Positions 39,501 through 54,016 of a DNA stretch of 64,000 nt are shown one piece after another. The notes under the pieces were generated by a model. The model was not told the origin of the DNA. It ran no database searches and worked only from the letters and a program-made list of their open reading frames with translations. Location of the stretch: contig NW_003314381.1 in the NCBI RefSeq assembly GCF_000143415.4, forward strand, positions 292,649 through 356,648, given 5' to 3'. Position 1 is the stretch's first letter, and each line of letters starts with the position of its first letter. The DNA is from Selaginella moellendorffii (lineage: Eukaryota > Plantae > Lycopodiophyta). The position numbers and the translations under genes are program-made.

Positions 39501-42500
39501 CTCGGACTCCATCTCGGACTCCATCTCGGGTCCATCTCGGACTCCACTTCGGACTCCAACTCGGGTCCATCTTGGGTCCACCTCGGACTCCATCTCGGAC
39601 TCCATCTCGGACTCCACTTTGGACTCCAACTCGGGTCCATCTCGGGTCCACCTCGGACTCCACTTCGGACTCCATCTCGGCGTCCATCTCGGGTCCATCT
39701 CGGACTCCAACTTGGGTCCATCTCGGGTCCACCTCGGACTCCATCTCGGACTCCATCTCGGACTCCACTTTGGACTCCAACTCGGGTCCATCTCGGGTCC
39801 ACCTCGGACTCCACTTCGGACTCCATCTCGGACTCCATCTCGGGTCCATCTCGGACTCCATTTCGGACTCCAACTTGGGTCCATCTCGGGTCCACCTCGG
39901 ACTCCACTTCGGACTCCATCTCGGACTCCATCTCGGGTCCATCTCGGACTCCATTTCGGACTCCAACTTGGGTCCATCTCGGACTCCACTTCGGACTCCA
40001 ACTCGAGTCCATCTCGGACACTCCCACGTGTCATGTGTTGGTCCTTTTGGGTCCCTTTTTGGAGCCTCGCCTTTTGCTCGCTTCGTGCTCATTCCTCGAG
40101 CACTTCGTTGGGAGTTCCACTCCCGCTCTTGACTTTTCAAGTCGGAGCTTTTGGTCCAAACGTGTTACGCTTGTTTGGCTCTCGCTTTGGCCACTACCAC
40201 GTGGCACCCTTCCAGCTCCACTTTGGGGCCTAGGGATTTTGTGTCTCACAACTCCACCACCCATAGACGAAGTTCGATGTCCTCATCGAACGGTGAACCA
40301 TTTTATAAAGTAACACCCGCATGTGTTACCATTTCCATCCTTGGCGCGTAGCCAATATTTGTCAATGGTGCGACATTGAAGGCTCACCATGCCTTCTCCA
40401 TATTCGTCAATGGTTGGACATTGAAGGCTCACCATGCCTTTTGCATATCCTCTAAGGAGGGTAGTCTCTCCAACTTAGAGACTGATTGGACCACATATAG
40501 TGGTTCTCTCCTTTTATTGGTTTAGTTCTCGCTAAACCTCTTAGAGACCCTTCTCTAAGTCAATCCCACTACTCCTTCTCGAGTAGTCTCAATTTCCATC
40601 GATATAACCTTTGCACTTTGGAACTTTGAATTTTGACTTCTTGGAGTCAATTTCCTAGGTGTCTCCGACACCTTGCCTTGCACCTTTTGTGCAACTCCAC
40701 TTCCCATCCTAGGAAGTTCTTTACTCGAGGGCACCATCATCCTCTCTTCTATTTCGTGCCAAAGTTCCAGTTATCATACTTTGTGCTAGGGCTGTTCATG
40801 GCCCTATCATTTAGCTACCTTACCGCTCCCTCCCTTGGAGCTTCCATTTTCGCCAAACTGGAGCATTTCGGAATCCCTCCTTGGAAACACACTTCCTTTC
40901 CCGCAACTTGTTAGTGTCCAACACATTAGTGTTCCTCGCCTAACTTTGTCACTTGGATTCCCCCCAAGGGATTCCACGGCCCTATCTTGGCCACTCATCT
41001 TTTGCTCCTATCCGTTGATTGTTGCACCAAGCAACATCGAATCTTTACCTCCCTCCTTGAGGTATTGTTTCGGTTCCATAGCAAAGACTCTTCTTTGCCA
41101 AGTCCGGAGGATGTTCACCCCTAGTACGTCTCTTTAGCATCTTCTGCTATGGGCTCTATCCACAGCCCAACTTCGTGACCCTCCCATGGGTCTTTTATAG
41201 AGACTACTTTCCTCGGACTCACTATGCCATCTCACGGATATAGTTTATTTCCCTTAGGTGCTCTTCCCACTTGGTCATCACGACCAAGCCACACCACCTT
41301 AAACAGTTCAATTTCAACATTTTGAACCAGGAACTTCATTCCTTAGCCAACCAAGGACCTTGTCCTTATCTGGCCATAAGATCACCTAGTGATCTCACCT
41401 TGGCACCTTAACAAAGTTGCCAAGAGATACTTGGTCTTCTAGACCTCCAAGTTGTTGACTATAACCCCGGGGGCATCCCCCACACTTGGCGGTGCACCCA
41501 AGCCAGCCCTTACGGCCAAGGGTTCATAGCAACTGAGATTAGGTGTCCCCATCTCACTCACCACGACCTTGGTGCCACTTGCACCAAAGCGTTCAAGTTA
41601 GATATGCTGAGCTTTCACACTAAGCAATCTAACCGTGCATCACGACTCCGAGGCATCCCTCGCTTGGCGGTGTGCCCAAACCAGTCTCCCCACTGAGAGT
41701 CCATGACCACCGAAATATGAGTGTCCTCATATTCCAAACCATCACCACGCCCTAGTGATTTGGGACTCGAACCCAAGCACTAGAGGGTCGGGACTCGAAC
41801 CCAACCTCCGTATATGCATCTACGGATGGCATCACACAAGATGCCTGGCGTGACTCCCCACGCCGGTGCACCAACTTATTTTTAAAGCGCGCTACAAATC
41901 ACAGCTTAGGAACCTAGTTCCTCCACACTGCCAAGTCCTCTCACTTGACATGTCTGTGATCTTGCATGGACTCCTCTATGCTCGGCCCCATGGCCCACCC
42001 TTTTTGAAGTTATCACCTTCAACTAGGGTATTTGTTCCCCCGACGTGCCAATCTCGCTTGGCAAGTCCTCCGACCACTGTAACATGGTTCCTGCATAAGC
42101 ATGAAAGTCCTTGACCATCAACTTTCGTTCAAAGCCCTCTCTTTGAACACTCGGGAACTACTTCCCTAACCTTGATAGCCTTGCCTCATGGCAAGCTTCA
42201 AGACCACGCTTCTGCTGCGCCACTCTGATTTCGCGCGTTCCATGAACCATTTACACTTGGCCTTTCTAGGTACTAAGCTGCCTAGAATCGTCTTTGGGAA
42301 CCTTGAAGGAACTCTGTCCCTCAGCTTGCTAAGGCCTCCCTTTTTGCAAGCCTTCTAAATGCCACATAGTCGAACATGGACAATTCCATATTTTAGACTC
42401 TCCATGGCATCACGGTTGCTAGCGGCAACACCCTTGAGCCCCCACTTGATTCTCCACTCCCAGCTGGCATAACCAACCTTGGTTATGCCCTTTGATTCCT

Positions 42501-45500
42501 ATGGTTCGATTCTATCCCCTTACTTCTTGCTTTTTGGCTTCACACCTTTCCTTTGGTCATTCTCCTCCAGACTAGGAGGATAGCTTTGCACTTTCTATCT
42601 TGCTTTAGCAAGTATTCTTAGGGATGAACCTACCCAATAGCCTAGGGAGTGGTTCCTCAATCCGGGTATGCTCACCTTATAATCCCACACACTGGGATTA
42701 CATTGTTGCTTATGGGCCTTTACATGCCCATCACTAGCCTTGCCAAAATTCCATTTTTGGCTTTGTCCAACTCGGGTAGACAGTCCTCTCTTGTCTCCGC
42801 AACCTTGGACATTTGGATAGCACCTTCTATCCATCATTCGCTAGGGACTTAGTCCCTTGGGCTTTATCCATTGCCCTCGCAACATCAAACACCACCTTCT
42901 GGTGTTCTAGAGTGTCCGGGTGTCCCAATGATGGCTTTCTCGACAATGAGTATTTCCTTTTATGACATTGACTTACTATATCGCAACACAAGCAACTTAT
43001 CCCCCGTAAGGGTATATCCAACTTCCCTATGCTATTAAGAAGTCTTGGGTAGCTACCTTCTACCCGTTTAACCAGTTATTTTGCACCTCTTGCTTAGTTG
43101 CCTCATAGTTGTCAAGTCCTACAACTCATTGCTGGGTGCTTTCACACCTCCATCATTATCTGGGTCACCACACTCCAACTGCATGCTCTGCAACTTAGGC
43201 TATGCTATTCCCATTTCCATTGGGATTCCTTTGGCAAGGGGTTCTCATGAACCCACCAACATAGCCTCAAGGTATCACACCTTGGCACATTTGGTGTCTC
43301 CACACCATCGGCTCCACGAGCCTACCTCTATGACATTTCCCCTTCGTGTTTAAGTCTTTGCCAAGACCAACACCGCTCTTTCTTATGCCAACCATCCGTT
43401 AGCACTGCACCATAGAGGTCACACACAACTTTATGTCAAAGTTGTTTTCTTCTGGGAACACCTTTCCCATAACTTTAGCATGGCACATTCTACCATTGAT
43501 GAGATACCCTCTGTTCTCATCCTTGGATCCTATGATCCCCCCCCATCCTTTGTGAGGTACAACACACCTCAGTCCAAATGCTTCCATCAGTCCTTTTAGG
43601 ACCATCCATTGACTCTACTTGAGTCATCCAGCAGTTTTGGACTTGGTTAATCCACAGACCCGTAAGGTCCTACTTGTGAGGCACTGGCTCACTGGAATAC
43701 TCTTCTTGCATTCCTGTCCTACTCAAAAGGACTATTTTCACAAGTGTTACTCCGACACTTGATTTTGTTCTCTGGGGGCAACCTTTGCCCCTTAGGACTA
43801 CTTGTCCATGTGATGAGAACACCAACTCATCCACTTAATACACCCCCAACTCCTTGGGTTGTTCCAGCATTTATTAGAGGTAGCCCCGGCTACCTTTTCA
43901 AGGGCTTGAGTCCTCTTCCGTATTTGACCTCCCACGGTCATTACTTCTGGTCTCACATTCATGAGCACCAACCTCAACTATATGAGGAAAATCTTGTGAC
44001 TCCTTTATTGCTTTGGAGTCTTTATCTTTCCCGTGATCCCAACTGTAGTTGTTCACCACAACTACATTAGCCAGTTTGCTAAGTCAAACGCTCATCTGGA
44101 TCACATCCTCAACTCTTTGAGGAAAACCATATACTGTTCCCAAGATCCCAAAGTCGTTCCATTATTGGGCCTTTTCTATCCACCACCTCGTCTACAAGTT
44201 CACACATGAACTGTAATGGAGAGCCATGTCTTCCCGACTTGCTACTCCTCAAGGATAGGCCCACTCCTCAGACCTTCCGATGCCAACACTAGTGGTGATA
44301 TACTTGAGCACCAATAAAAGTCGGACTAAGGAACAGCTCCGATACCAAGTTGTAAGCGACTAAATTTTCCATTCTACTTTAGTCACTTAACCACACCTTC
44401 GACCACTTGGAGGAGTCTTATTCACAACCTCCATCAGTCCAATTCAGGACTTGGGACTTGCTAGCCCCAAGAATGGCATCCCTGCCACTCAACACTTGCA
44501 CCTGGTCCAAGTGCTCCACATGTCCGGTCCCAAGACCGACACCCAAAGGTACCACTGACATCTCGGCCCGTTACGCTAAGGCCAGGCCCATTCACCTTTG
44601 CTGCACTAGTGGTCCAATACCACTTGCATCACCACCTCGTCTCTCCAAGACTGGGCCATGTGTCCACGAGTGGTCATCCTAGATCCACTCCTTAGCATCC
44701 TTAGGATGCCCACAGACCTGGGGAATCGCCTTCCCCAAAGTCCCTTTGTCAGTTCCTACCAAGTCCCTTTCTGCCCCTGGCCGTGTTTGCCAACACTGCC
44801 ACTGGATCGAGGCCCACAGGCCCGACCACTAAGTCCCACGGTCCTCTGGGACTTCCTCACCACATGACTGTGTCCTTGGTCACTACCCCAGAGGACTGCT
44901 CCTCTTCCTTTCCACAGTTTGGGCCTTTGGGACAACATTTCGGAACACCGTGGCCTTACGCGAGCCACCTGGGTACTCTCCCCACCTATCGCCTTTAGGT
45001 GCTCTAGCCATGGGCTTAGAGCGAGGTTCCGTTGAGCCACGCCTGGTATCCAAGTAGGTAGTGCCACCCACACTTGGACTGGGAGCATCGGCCAGTCGAT
45101 CTCCCGGGGGAACTAGAGCCGGCTCTTGAACACTTCACCAAGCTACCCCGCTTGTCGGTCCGTATTCACTCTAGTCTTGGACTTCCCAATGGTCAGTTCA
45201 TCACCCAACACTGGGTCTGGCCTTCCTGGGCCAAACTGGCCTTTCCTGGCCAAACTGGCTCCACTGCAGTCCTCCCCCTACTATACTTTTGGAGCTCACC
45301 AAACCCCCCAGGGTCTGGGAGACGAACGCTTTGGGCTTTCACCCTCTCAGGCTCCGGACTCGGACTCGGACTCGGACTCGGACTCGGACTCGGACTCGGA
45401 CTCGGACTCGGATTCGGACTCGGACTCGGGCTCGGGCTCGGTCTCGGCCTCGGCCTCGGTCTCGGTCTCGGTCCCGATCTCGGTCTCGGTCTCGGTCTCG

Positions 45501-48500
45501 GTCCCGGTCTCGGTCCCGGTCTCGGACTCCATCTCGGACTCCATCTCGGACTCCATCTCGGACTCCATCTCGGGTCCATCTCGGACTCCATCTCGGACTC
45601 TATTTCGGGTCCATCTCGGGTCCACCTCGGACTCCATCTCGGACTCCATCTCGGACTCCATCTCGGGTCCATCTCGGACTCCACTTCGGACTCCAACTCG
45701 GGTCCATCTCGGGTCCACCTCGGACTCCATCTCGGACTCCATCTCGGACTCCACTTTGGACTCCAACTCGGGTCCATCTCGGGTCCACCTCGGACTCCAC
45801 TTCGGACTCCATCTCGGACTCCATCTCGGGTCCATCTCGGACTCCATTTCGGACTCCAACTTGGGTCCATCTCGGGTCCACCTCGGACTCCACTTCGGAC
45901 TCCATCTCGGACTCCATCTCGGGTCCATCTCGGACTCCATTTCGGACTCCAACTTGGGTCCATCTCGGACTCCACTTCGGACACCAACTCGAGTCCATCT
46001 CGGACACTCCCACGTGTCATGTGTTGGTCCTTTTGGGTCCCTTTTTGGAGCCTCGCCTTTTGCTCGCTTCGTGCTCATTCCTCGAGCACTTCGTTGGGAG
46101 TTCCACTCCCGCTCTTGACTTTTCAAGTCGGAGCTTTTGGTCCAAACGTGTTACGCTCGTTTGGCTCTCGCTTTGGCCACTACCACGTGGCACCCTTCCA
46201 GCTCCACTTTGGGGCCTAGGGATTTTGTGTCTCACACTTAGGCTATGCCATTCCCATTTCCATTGGGATTCCTTTGGCAAGGGGTTCTCATGAACCCACC
46301 AACATAGCCTCAAGGTATCACACCTTGGCACATTTGGTGTCTCCACACCATCGGCTCCACGAGCCTACCTCTATGACATTTCCCCTTTGTGTCTATGTCT
46401 TTGCCAAGACCAACACCGCTCTTTCTCATGCCAACCATCCATTAGCACTGCCCTATAGAGGTCACACACAACTTTATGTCAAAGTTGTTTTCTTCTGGGA
46501 ACACCTTTCCCATAACTTTAGCATGGCATATTTTGCCATCGATGAGATACCTTCTGTTCTCATCCTTGGATCCTATGATCCCCCCTCATCCTTTGTGGGG
46601 TACAACAGACCTCAGTCCAAATGCTTCCATCAGTCCTTTTAGGACCATCCCTTGATTCTACTTGAGTCCTCCAGCAGTTTTGGACTTGGTTAATCCACGG
46701 ACCCGTAAGGTCCTACTTGTGAGGCACTAGCTCACTGGAATACACTTCTTGCATTCCTGTCCTACTCAAAAGGACTATTTTCACAAGCGTTACTCCGACA
46801 CTTGATTTTGTTCTCTAGGGGCAACTTTTGCCCCTTAGGACTACTTGTCCATGCGATGAGAATACCACTCATCTCTAAGTACACCCCCCAACTCCTTGGG
46901 TTGTTCCAGCATTTATTAAAGGTAGCCCCGGCTACCATTTCAAGGACTTGAGTCCTCTTCCGTATTTGACCTTCCACGGTCATTACCTTTGGTCTCGCAT
47001 TCATGAGCACCAACCTCAACTATATGAGGATAATCTTGTGACTCCTTTATTGTTTTGGAGTCTCTATCTTTCCCGTGATCCCAACTTTAGTTGTTTACCA
47101 CAACAACCTTAGCCAAATTGTTGAGACAAATGCTCATCCGGATCACATCCTCAACTCAATGAGGAAAACCTTGCACTGTTCCCAAGATCCCAAAGTCGTT
47201 CCATTATTGGCCCTTTTCTATCCACCACCTCGTCTACAAGTTCACACATGAACTGTAATGGAGAGCCATGTCTTCCCGACTTGCTACTCCTCAAGGATAG
47301 GCCCACTCCTCGGACCTTCCGATGCCAACACTAGTGGTGATATACTTGAGCACCAATAAAAGTCGGACTAAGGAACAGCTCCGATACCAAATTGTAAGCG
47401 ACTAAATTTTCCATTCTACTTTAGTCACTTAACCACACCTTCGACCACTTGGAGGAGTCTCACTCACAACCTCCTTAGCCCAATTCAGGACTTGGGACTT
47501 GCTAGCCCCGAGAATGGCATCCTTGCCACTCAACACTTGCACATGGTCCAAGTGCTCCACGTGTCTGGTCCCAAGACCGACACCCAAAGGTACCACTGAC
47601 ATCTCGGCCCGTTACGCTAAGGCCAGGCCCATTCACCTTTGCTGCACTAGTGGTCCAATACCACTTGCATCACCACCTCGTCTCTCCAAGACTGGGCCAT
47701 GTGTCCACGAGTGGTCATCCTAGATCCACTCCTTAGCATCCTTAGGATGCCCACAGACCTGGGGAATCGCCTTCCCCAAAGTCCCTTTGTCAGTTCCTAC
47801 CAAGTCCCTTTCTGCCCCTGGCTGTGTTTGCCAACACTGCCACTGGATCGAGGCCCACAGGCCTGACCACTAAGTCCCATGGTCCTTTGGGACTTCCTCA
47901 CCACACGACTGTGTCCTTGGTCACTACCCCAGAGGACTGCTCCTCTTCCTTTCCACAGTCTAGGCCTTTGGGACAACATTTCGGAACACCGTGGCCTTAC
48001 GCGAGCCACCTGGGTACTCTCCCCGCCTTTCGCCTTTAGGTGCTCTAGCCATGGGCTTAGAGCGAGGTTCCGTTGAGCCACACCTGGTATCCAAGTAGGT
48101 AGTGCCACCCACACTTGGACTGGGAGCATCGGCCAGTCGATCTCCCGGGGGAACTAGAGCCGGCTCTTGAACACTTCACCAAGCTACCCCGCTTGTCGGT
48201 CCGTGTTCACTCTAGTCTTGGACTTCCCAGTGGGCAGCTCATCACCCAACACTGGGTCCGGCCTTCCTGGGCCAAACTGGCCTTTCCTGGCCAAACTGGC
48301 TCCACTACAGTCCTCCCCCTGCTATACTTTTGGGGCTCACCAAACCCCCCAGGGTCTGGGAGACGAACGCTTTGGGCTTTCACCCTCTCAGGCTCCGGAC
48401 TCGGACTCGGACTCGGACTCGGACTCGGACTCGGATTCGGAATCGGACTCGGGCTCGGGCTCGGTCTCGGTCTCAGTCCCGATCTCGGTCTCGGTCTCGG

Positions 48501-49147
48501 TCTCGGTCCCGGTCTCGGTCCCGGTCTCGGTCTCGACTTCGGACTCCATCTCGGACTCCATCTCGGGTCCATCTCGGACTCCATCTCGGACTCCATCTCG
48601 GGTCCATCTCGGACTCCATCTCGGACTCCATGTCGGGTCCATCTCGGGTCCACCTCGGACTCCATCTCGGACTCCATCTCGGGTCCATCTCGGACTCCAC
48701 TTCGGACTCCAACTCGGGTCCATCTCGGGTCCACCTCGGACTCCATCTCGGACTCCATCTCGGACTCCACTTCGGACTCCAACTCGGGTCCATCTTGGGT
48801 CCACCTCGGACTCCACTTCGGACTCCAACTCGGGTCCATCTCGGACTCCACTTCGGACTCCAACTCGAGTCCATCTCGGACTCCACTTCGGACTCCAACT
48901 CGAGTCCATCTCGGACACTCCCACGTGTCATGTGTTGGTCCTTTTGGGTCCCTTTTTGGAGCCTCGCCTTTTGCTCGCTTCGTGCTCGTTCCTCGAGCAC
49001 TTCGTTGGGAGTTCCACTCCCGCTCTTGACTTTTCAAGTCGGAGCTTTTGGTCCAAACGTGTTACGCTCGTTTGGCTCTCGCTTCGGCCACTACCATGTG
49101 GCGCCCTTCCGGCTCCACTTTGGGGCCTAGGGATTTTGTGTCTCACT
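33512..49147 (-). mobile_element. Family-A element, copy C (inverted, nested in B; contains D)
   Basis: LTRs at 33512-35296 and 47393-49147. TSD GGAGG (33507-11 and 49148-52). PPT complement at 35297, PBS complement at 47378-47389. Confidence 0.95.
38197..46236 (-). mobile_element. Family-A element, copy D (nested in C)
   Basis: LTRs at 38197-40250 and 44351-46236. TSD CTTAG (38192-96 and 46237-41). PPT and PBS present. Confidence 0.97.
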
Positions 49148-52100
49148 GGAGGCCTTAGCAAGCTAAAGGACAGAGTTCCTTCAAAGTTCCCAAAGACGAT
49201 TCTAGGTAGCTTAGTACCTAGAAAGGCCAAGTGTAAATGGTTCATGGAACGTGCGAAATTAGAGTGGCACAACAGAAGTGTGGTCTTGAAGCTTGCCATG
49301 AGGCAAGGCTATCAAGGTTAGGGAAGTAGTTCCCGAGTGTTCAAAGAAAGGGCTTTGAACAAAAGTTGATGGTCAAGGACTTTCACGCTTATGCAGGAAC
49401 CATGTTACAGTGGTCGGAGGACTTGCCAAGCGAGAGTGGCAAGTCGGGGGAACAAATACCCTAGTTGAAGGTGCTAACTTCAAAAAGGGTGGGCCATGGG
49501 GCCAAGCATGGAGGAGTCCATGCCTGATCACAAACTTGTCAAGTGAGAGGACTTGGCAGTGTGGAGGAATTAAGTTCCTAAGTTGTGATCTGTAGCGTGC
49601 TTTGAGTATAAGTTGGTGCACCGGCGTGGAGGGTCACGCCAGGCATCCTAAGTGATGCTGTTCGTAGATGCATATACGGAAGTTGGGTTCGAGTCCCGAC
49701 CCTCTAGTGCTTGGGTTCGAGTCCCAAATCACTAGGGCGTGGTGATGGTTTGGAATATGAGGACAATCATATTTCGGTGGTCATGGACTCTCAATGAGGA
49801 GATTGGCGTGGGCACACCGCCAAGCAGGGGATGCCCCGGAGTCATGATGCACAGTTAGATTGCTTAGAGAGAAAGCTCAGCATATCTAACTTGAACACTT
49901 TGGTGCAAAGGGCACCAAGGACGTGGTGAATGAGATGGGGACACCCAGTCTCAGTCGCTATGGATCCTTGGCCGGAAGGGCTGGCTTGGGCATACTGCCA
50001 AGTGTGGGGGATGCCCCTGGGGTCATAGTCAACAACATAGAAGGGTCTAGAAGACCTAGTTCCTATTAGTAGATATATTAAGGGGTCAAGGTGAGATCAC
50101 TAGATGATTTTGTGGCTAAACAAGGACAAGGTCTTTATTTGGGTTAAAGAATATGATTCCTAGTTCAAAGTGTTGATTTGAACTATTGATAATGGTGTGG
50201 CTTGGTCAAGGTGACTAAGTGAGAAGAACACCTAAGGGAAATGAGCTATGTCAATGTTGTGGCATAATAAGTCCGAGGAAAGTAGTCTCTATAAGAAATC
50301 CAAGGGAGGGTCTCAAAAGTTGGGCTGTGGATAAAGCCCACAACCGAAAATGTTAAAGAGACGTACTAAGGGTGAACACCCTCTGGAGTTGGCAAAACAA
50401 AGTGTTTGCTATGGAACTGAAAGGAAACCTCAAAAATGGAGGTAGCAATCCTATGTTGCTGGGTGCAACAATCAAGGATAGGAGCAAAAGACTAGTGGCT
50501 AAGAAAAGAGCCATGGGAATCATAGGAAAGAATCCAAATGGCAAAGTTAAGCCGAGAACACTAATGTGTTGGGTGCTAACGGATTGTGGGAAAGGCAAAT
50601 GTTTCCCCAAGGGGGGATTCTCAACTGCTCCAATTTGGCAAAAGTGGATGCTCTAAAGGGGGGAGTGGTAAGGTAGCCAAATAATAGGGCTATGGGCAGC
50701 CCTATCACCAATTATGATAACTGGAACTTAGTGCCAAAGGTGGCACGATATCGGAGAGAGGATGATGGTACCCTCAAGTAAAGAACTTCCTAGGATAGGG
50801 AAGTGGAGTTGCACCATATGCAACATAAGGTGTCAGAGACACCTAGGAAATTGACTCTGAGAAGTCAAAATTAAAAGTTCCAAAGTGCAAAGGTTATGTC
50901 AATGGAATCTGAGACTACTCGAGAATGACTAGTGGAATTGAGTTAGAGAGGGAGTCTCTAACGAGTTTAGCGAGAACTGAACCAATAAAAGGGAGCAAAC
51001 CATCCCAGGTGGTCGAATGAGTCTCTATGTTGGAGAGACTATGCTCCTTAGAGGATGGACAAGGCATGGTGAGCCTTTAATGTCAAACCATAGACAAATA
51101 TTGGCTGGGTGCCAAGGATGGAACTGGTAATACATGCGGGTGTTACTTTATAAAAGGGTTTACCGTTCAATGAGGACATCGAACTTCTCTATGGGTGGTG
51201 GAGTTGTGAGACACAAAATCCCTAGGCCCCAAAGTGGAGCCGGAAAGGGTGCCACGTGGTACTGGCCGAAGCAAAAGCCAAACGAGCGTAACACGTTTGG
51301 CCTAAAAGCTTCGACTTGGAAGGTCGAGAGCAGGAGTGGAACTCCCAACAAAGTGCTTGAGGAGCGAGCACGAGGCAACCAATAAGCAAGGCTCCAAAAA
51401 GGGACCCAAAAAGGACCAACATATGACACGTGGAAGTGTCTGAGATGGATCCGAGATGGACCCGAGACGGAGTCCGAAATGGAGTCTGAGACGGAGTCCG
51501 AGATGGAGTCCAAGACGGAGTCCGAGATGGAGTCCAAGACGGAGTCCAAGATGGATCCGAGATGGACCCGAGACGGAGTCCGAAATGGAGTCCGAGACGA
51601 AGTCTGAGATGGATTCCGAGACGGAGTCCAAGATGGACCCGAGATGAAGTCCAAGATGGACCCGAGATGAAGTCCGAGATGGAGTCCGAGATGGAGTTCG
51701 AGATGGACCCGAGATGGAGTCCGAGATGGACCGAGACGGAGTCCGAGATAGACCCGAGATGGAGTCCGAGATGGACTCGAGATGGAGTCCGAGATGGACC
51801 GAGACAGAGTCTGAGATGGAGTTCGAAAAGGACCCGAGATGGAGTCCGAGGTCGAGACTGAGACTGGGACCGAGATCGAGACCGAGACCAAGACCGGGAC
51901 CGAGACCGAGACCAAGGCCAAGGCCGAGACTGAGCCCGAGCCCGAGTCCGAGTCTGAGTCCGAGTCCGAGTTAGAGTCTGAGTCCGAGTCCGAGTCCGAG
52001 TCCGAGTTAGAGTTAGAGTTAGAGTTAGAGTCCGAGTCCAAGTCCGAGTTCGAGTCCGAGTTCGAGTCTGAGAGAGTGAAAGCCCAAAGCATTCGTCTCC

Positions 52101-53074
52101 CAGACCCTGAGGGGTTTGGTGAGCTCCAAAAGTATAGTAAGGGGGAGGACTACAGTGGAGCTAGTTTGGCCAAGAAAGGCTAGTTTGGCCCAGGAAGGCC
52201 AGACCCAGTGTTGGGTGATGAACTGACCACTGGGAAGTCCAAGACTAGAGTGAATACAGACCGACAAGTGAGGTAGCTTGGTGAAGTGTTCAAGAGCCGG
52301 CTCTAGTTCCCCCGAGAGATCGACTGGCCGATGCTCCCAGTCCAAGTGTGGGTGGCACTACCTACTTGGATACCAGGCGTGGCTCAATGGAACCTCGCTC
52401 TAAGCCCATGGCTAGAGCACCTAAAGGCGGAAGGTGGGGAGAGTACCCACAGGGCTCGCGTAGGCCCACGGTGTTCCGAAATGTTGTCCCGGAGTCTCAA
52501 ATGGGGGAAAGGAGGAGGAGCAGTCCTCTAGTGTAGTGACTAAGGATACAGTCACATGGTGAGGAAGTCCCAAAGGACCATGGGACTTAGTGGTTGGGCC
52601 TGTGGGCCTTGATCTAGTGGCAGTGTTGGCGAACATGGCCATGGACAAAAAAGGGACTTGGTAGGAACTGACAAAGGGATATTTGGGAAGGCTATTCCCC
52701 ATGTTTGTGGGCATCCTAAGGATGCTAAGGAGTGGATCTGGGATGACCACTCGTGGACGGATGGCCCAGTCTTGGAGAGACAAGATTGTGATGCAAGTGG
52801 TATTGGACCACTAGTGCGGCAAAGGTGATTGGGCATGGCCTTAGCGTAACAGGCTGCTATGTCAGTGGCACCTTTGAGTGTTGGTCATGGGATCGGACAC
52901 GTGGAGCACTTGGACCAGGTGCAAGGGTTGAGTGGCATGGATGCCATTCTTGGGGCTAGCAAGTCCCAAGTCCTGAATTGGACTTATGGAGGTTGTGAAT
53001 GAGACTCCTCCAAGTGGTCAGAGGTGTGGTTAAGTGACTAAAGTAGAATGGAAAATTTAGTCGCTTACAGCTTG

Positions 53075-54016
53075 GTGAACCAATGACTTCGCCCCAGACG
53101 ATCCAAAAGATCAGCAGTGTGAGGAAGAGGGTACACATCCGGGATCATTACGTCGTTTAACGGATGATAGTTGATATAAAAACGAATACACCCATCATGC
53201 TTCGTCACAAGATGAGGTTCACATGCCCAAGGACTCCGTGACTTCCGAATAACACCCTTCTCCAACATCTCCTTGACATTTGCATGTAAAATCTTGATCT
53301 CCTTTAGTGACCGATGACGAACAGGAACCTTGATTGGATGAGCATCCCCAATTGGAATCGGATGACGTATGGCAATCTTGGCTCCAAACGATAGGTCAAA
53401 GTCAAAGAGATCAGAATACTCCTTCATGAGCCGGTCAGCTGCTGCAACACAAAGATCATTGGAGGGATCGGAAAAGGGAAGAGTAGAACAAGATGGAAAC
53501 ATAAGAGGAAAAAGTGGGGGAACAAAAGTAATGGAAGCAGAGGTAAAAGTAGAGGGACAAAGAGGTACGGAAGTGAGAGGAATGGATGAAACATAAAGAA
53601 GTATGAGACAAGGGGGAGAAGCCTCAAAGTCATACTTGGCATGATTGCGTTGCAACCAATCCATACCAAGAATAAGGTCAAAAACTTGACTTGGCACCAC
53701 CCGCAACGACTGCAACTCAAGCTCGAGATCGCCCACACGCACAACCAGGGTCTGCCTCATCCCGTGCACATGCATGTGTATGGCCGTTGCCATAAAGAAT
53801 GAAAACTAGTTCCGCCGCACGACGCAAGTATAGATGACAACGTGTGGCAACAAGTCGAGCAATAGAAGATAAACTCGAACCTATATCAACCAATCTTGTT
53901 ATAAAGATGAGCTTGGAAAGTAAACACTGGATGAACTGGTGCCGAGTGAACCCCTTGATGATACTCCTGAAAGAAAGATGGAGGGGTCACTGATTTATTC
54001 GCGCAAGGTCTCTCCG
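53075..54016 (-). pseudogene. Host pol 5' segment: aspartic protease and RT N-terminus
   Basis: LVDIGSS (degenerate DTG), FDLILGMDWL, MLEKGVIRKSRSPW, RFYINYHPLNDVMIPDVYPLP. Confidence 0.9.

Larger units (their letters stand above)
29678..53069 (+). mobile_element. Family-A element, copy B (older; inserted in host RT; contains C and D)
   Basis: LTRs at 29678-31515 and 51205-53069. TSD GCTTG (29673-77 and 53070-74). PBS at 31519, PPT before 51205. Removing it rejoins RT as HWFTKL|DLASGYW. Confidence 0.95.

Noticed and set aside
33512-53069. Large inverted repeats suggesting an inversion or a TIR element
   Set aside because: Explained by C and D inserting in the opposite orientation. All TSDs pair correctly.
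21261-53074. Target-site sequence consensus for family A
   Set aside because: The TSDs (GAGCT, GCTTG, GGAGG, CTTAG, YTTAG) are too few and too varied to support a motif.
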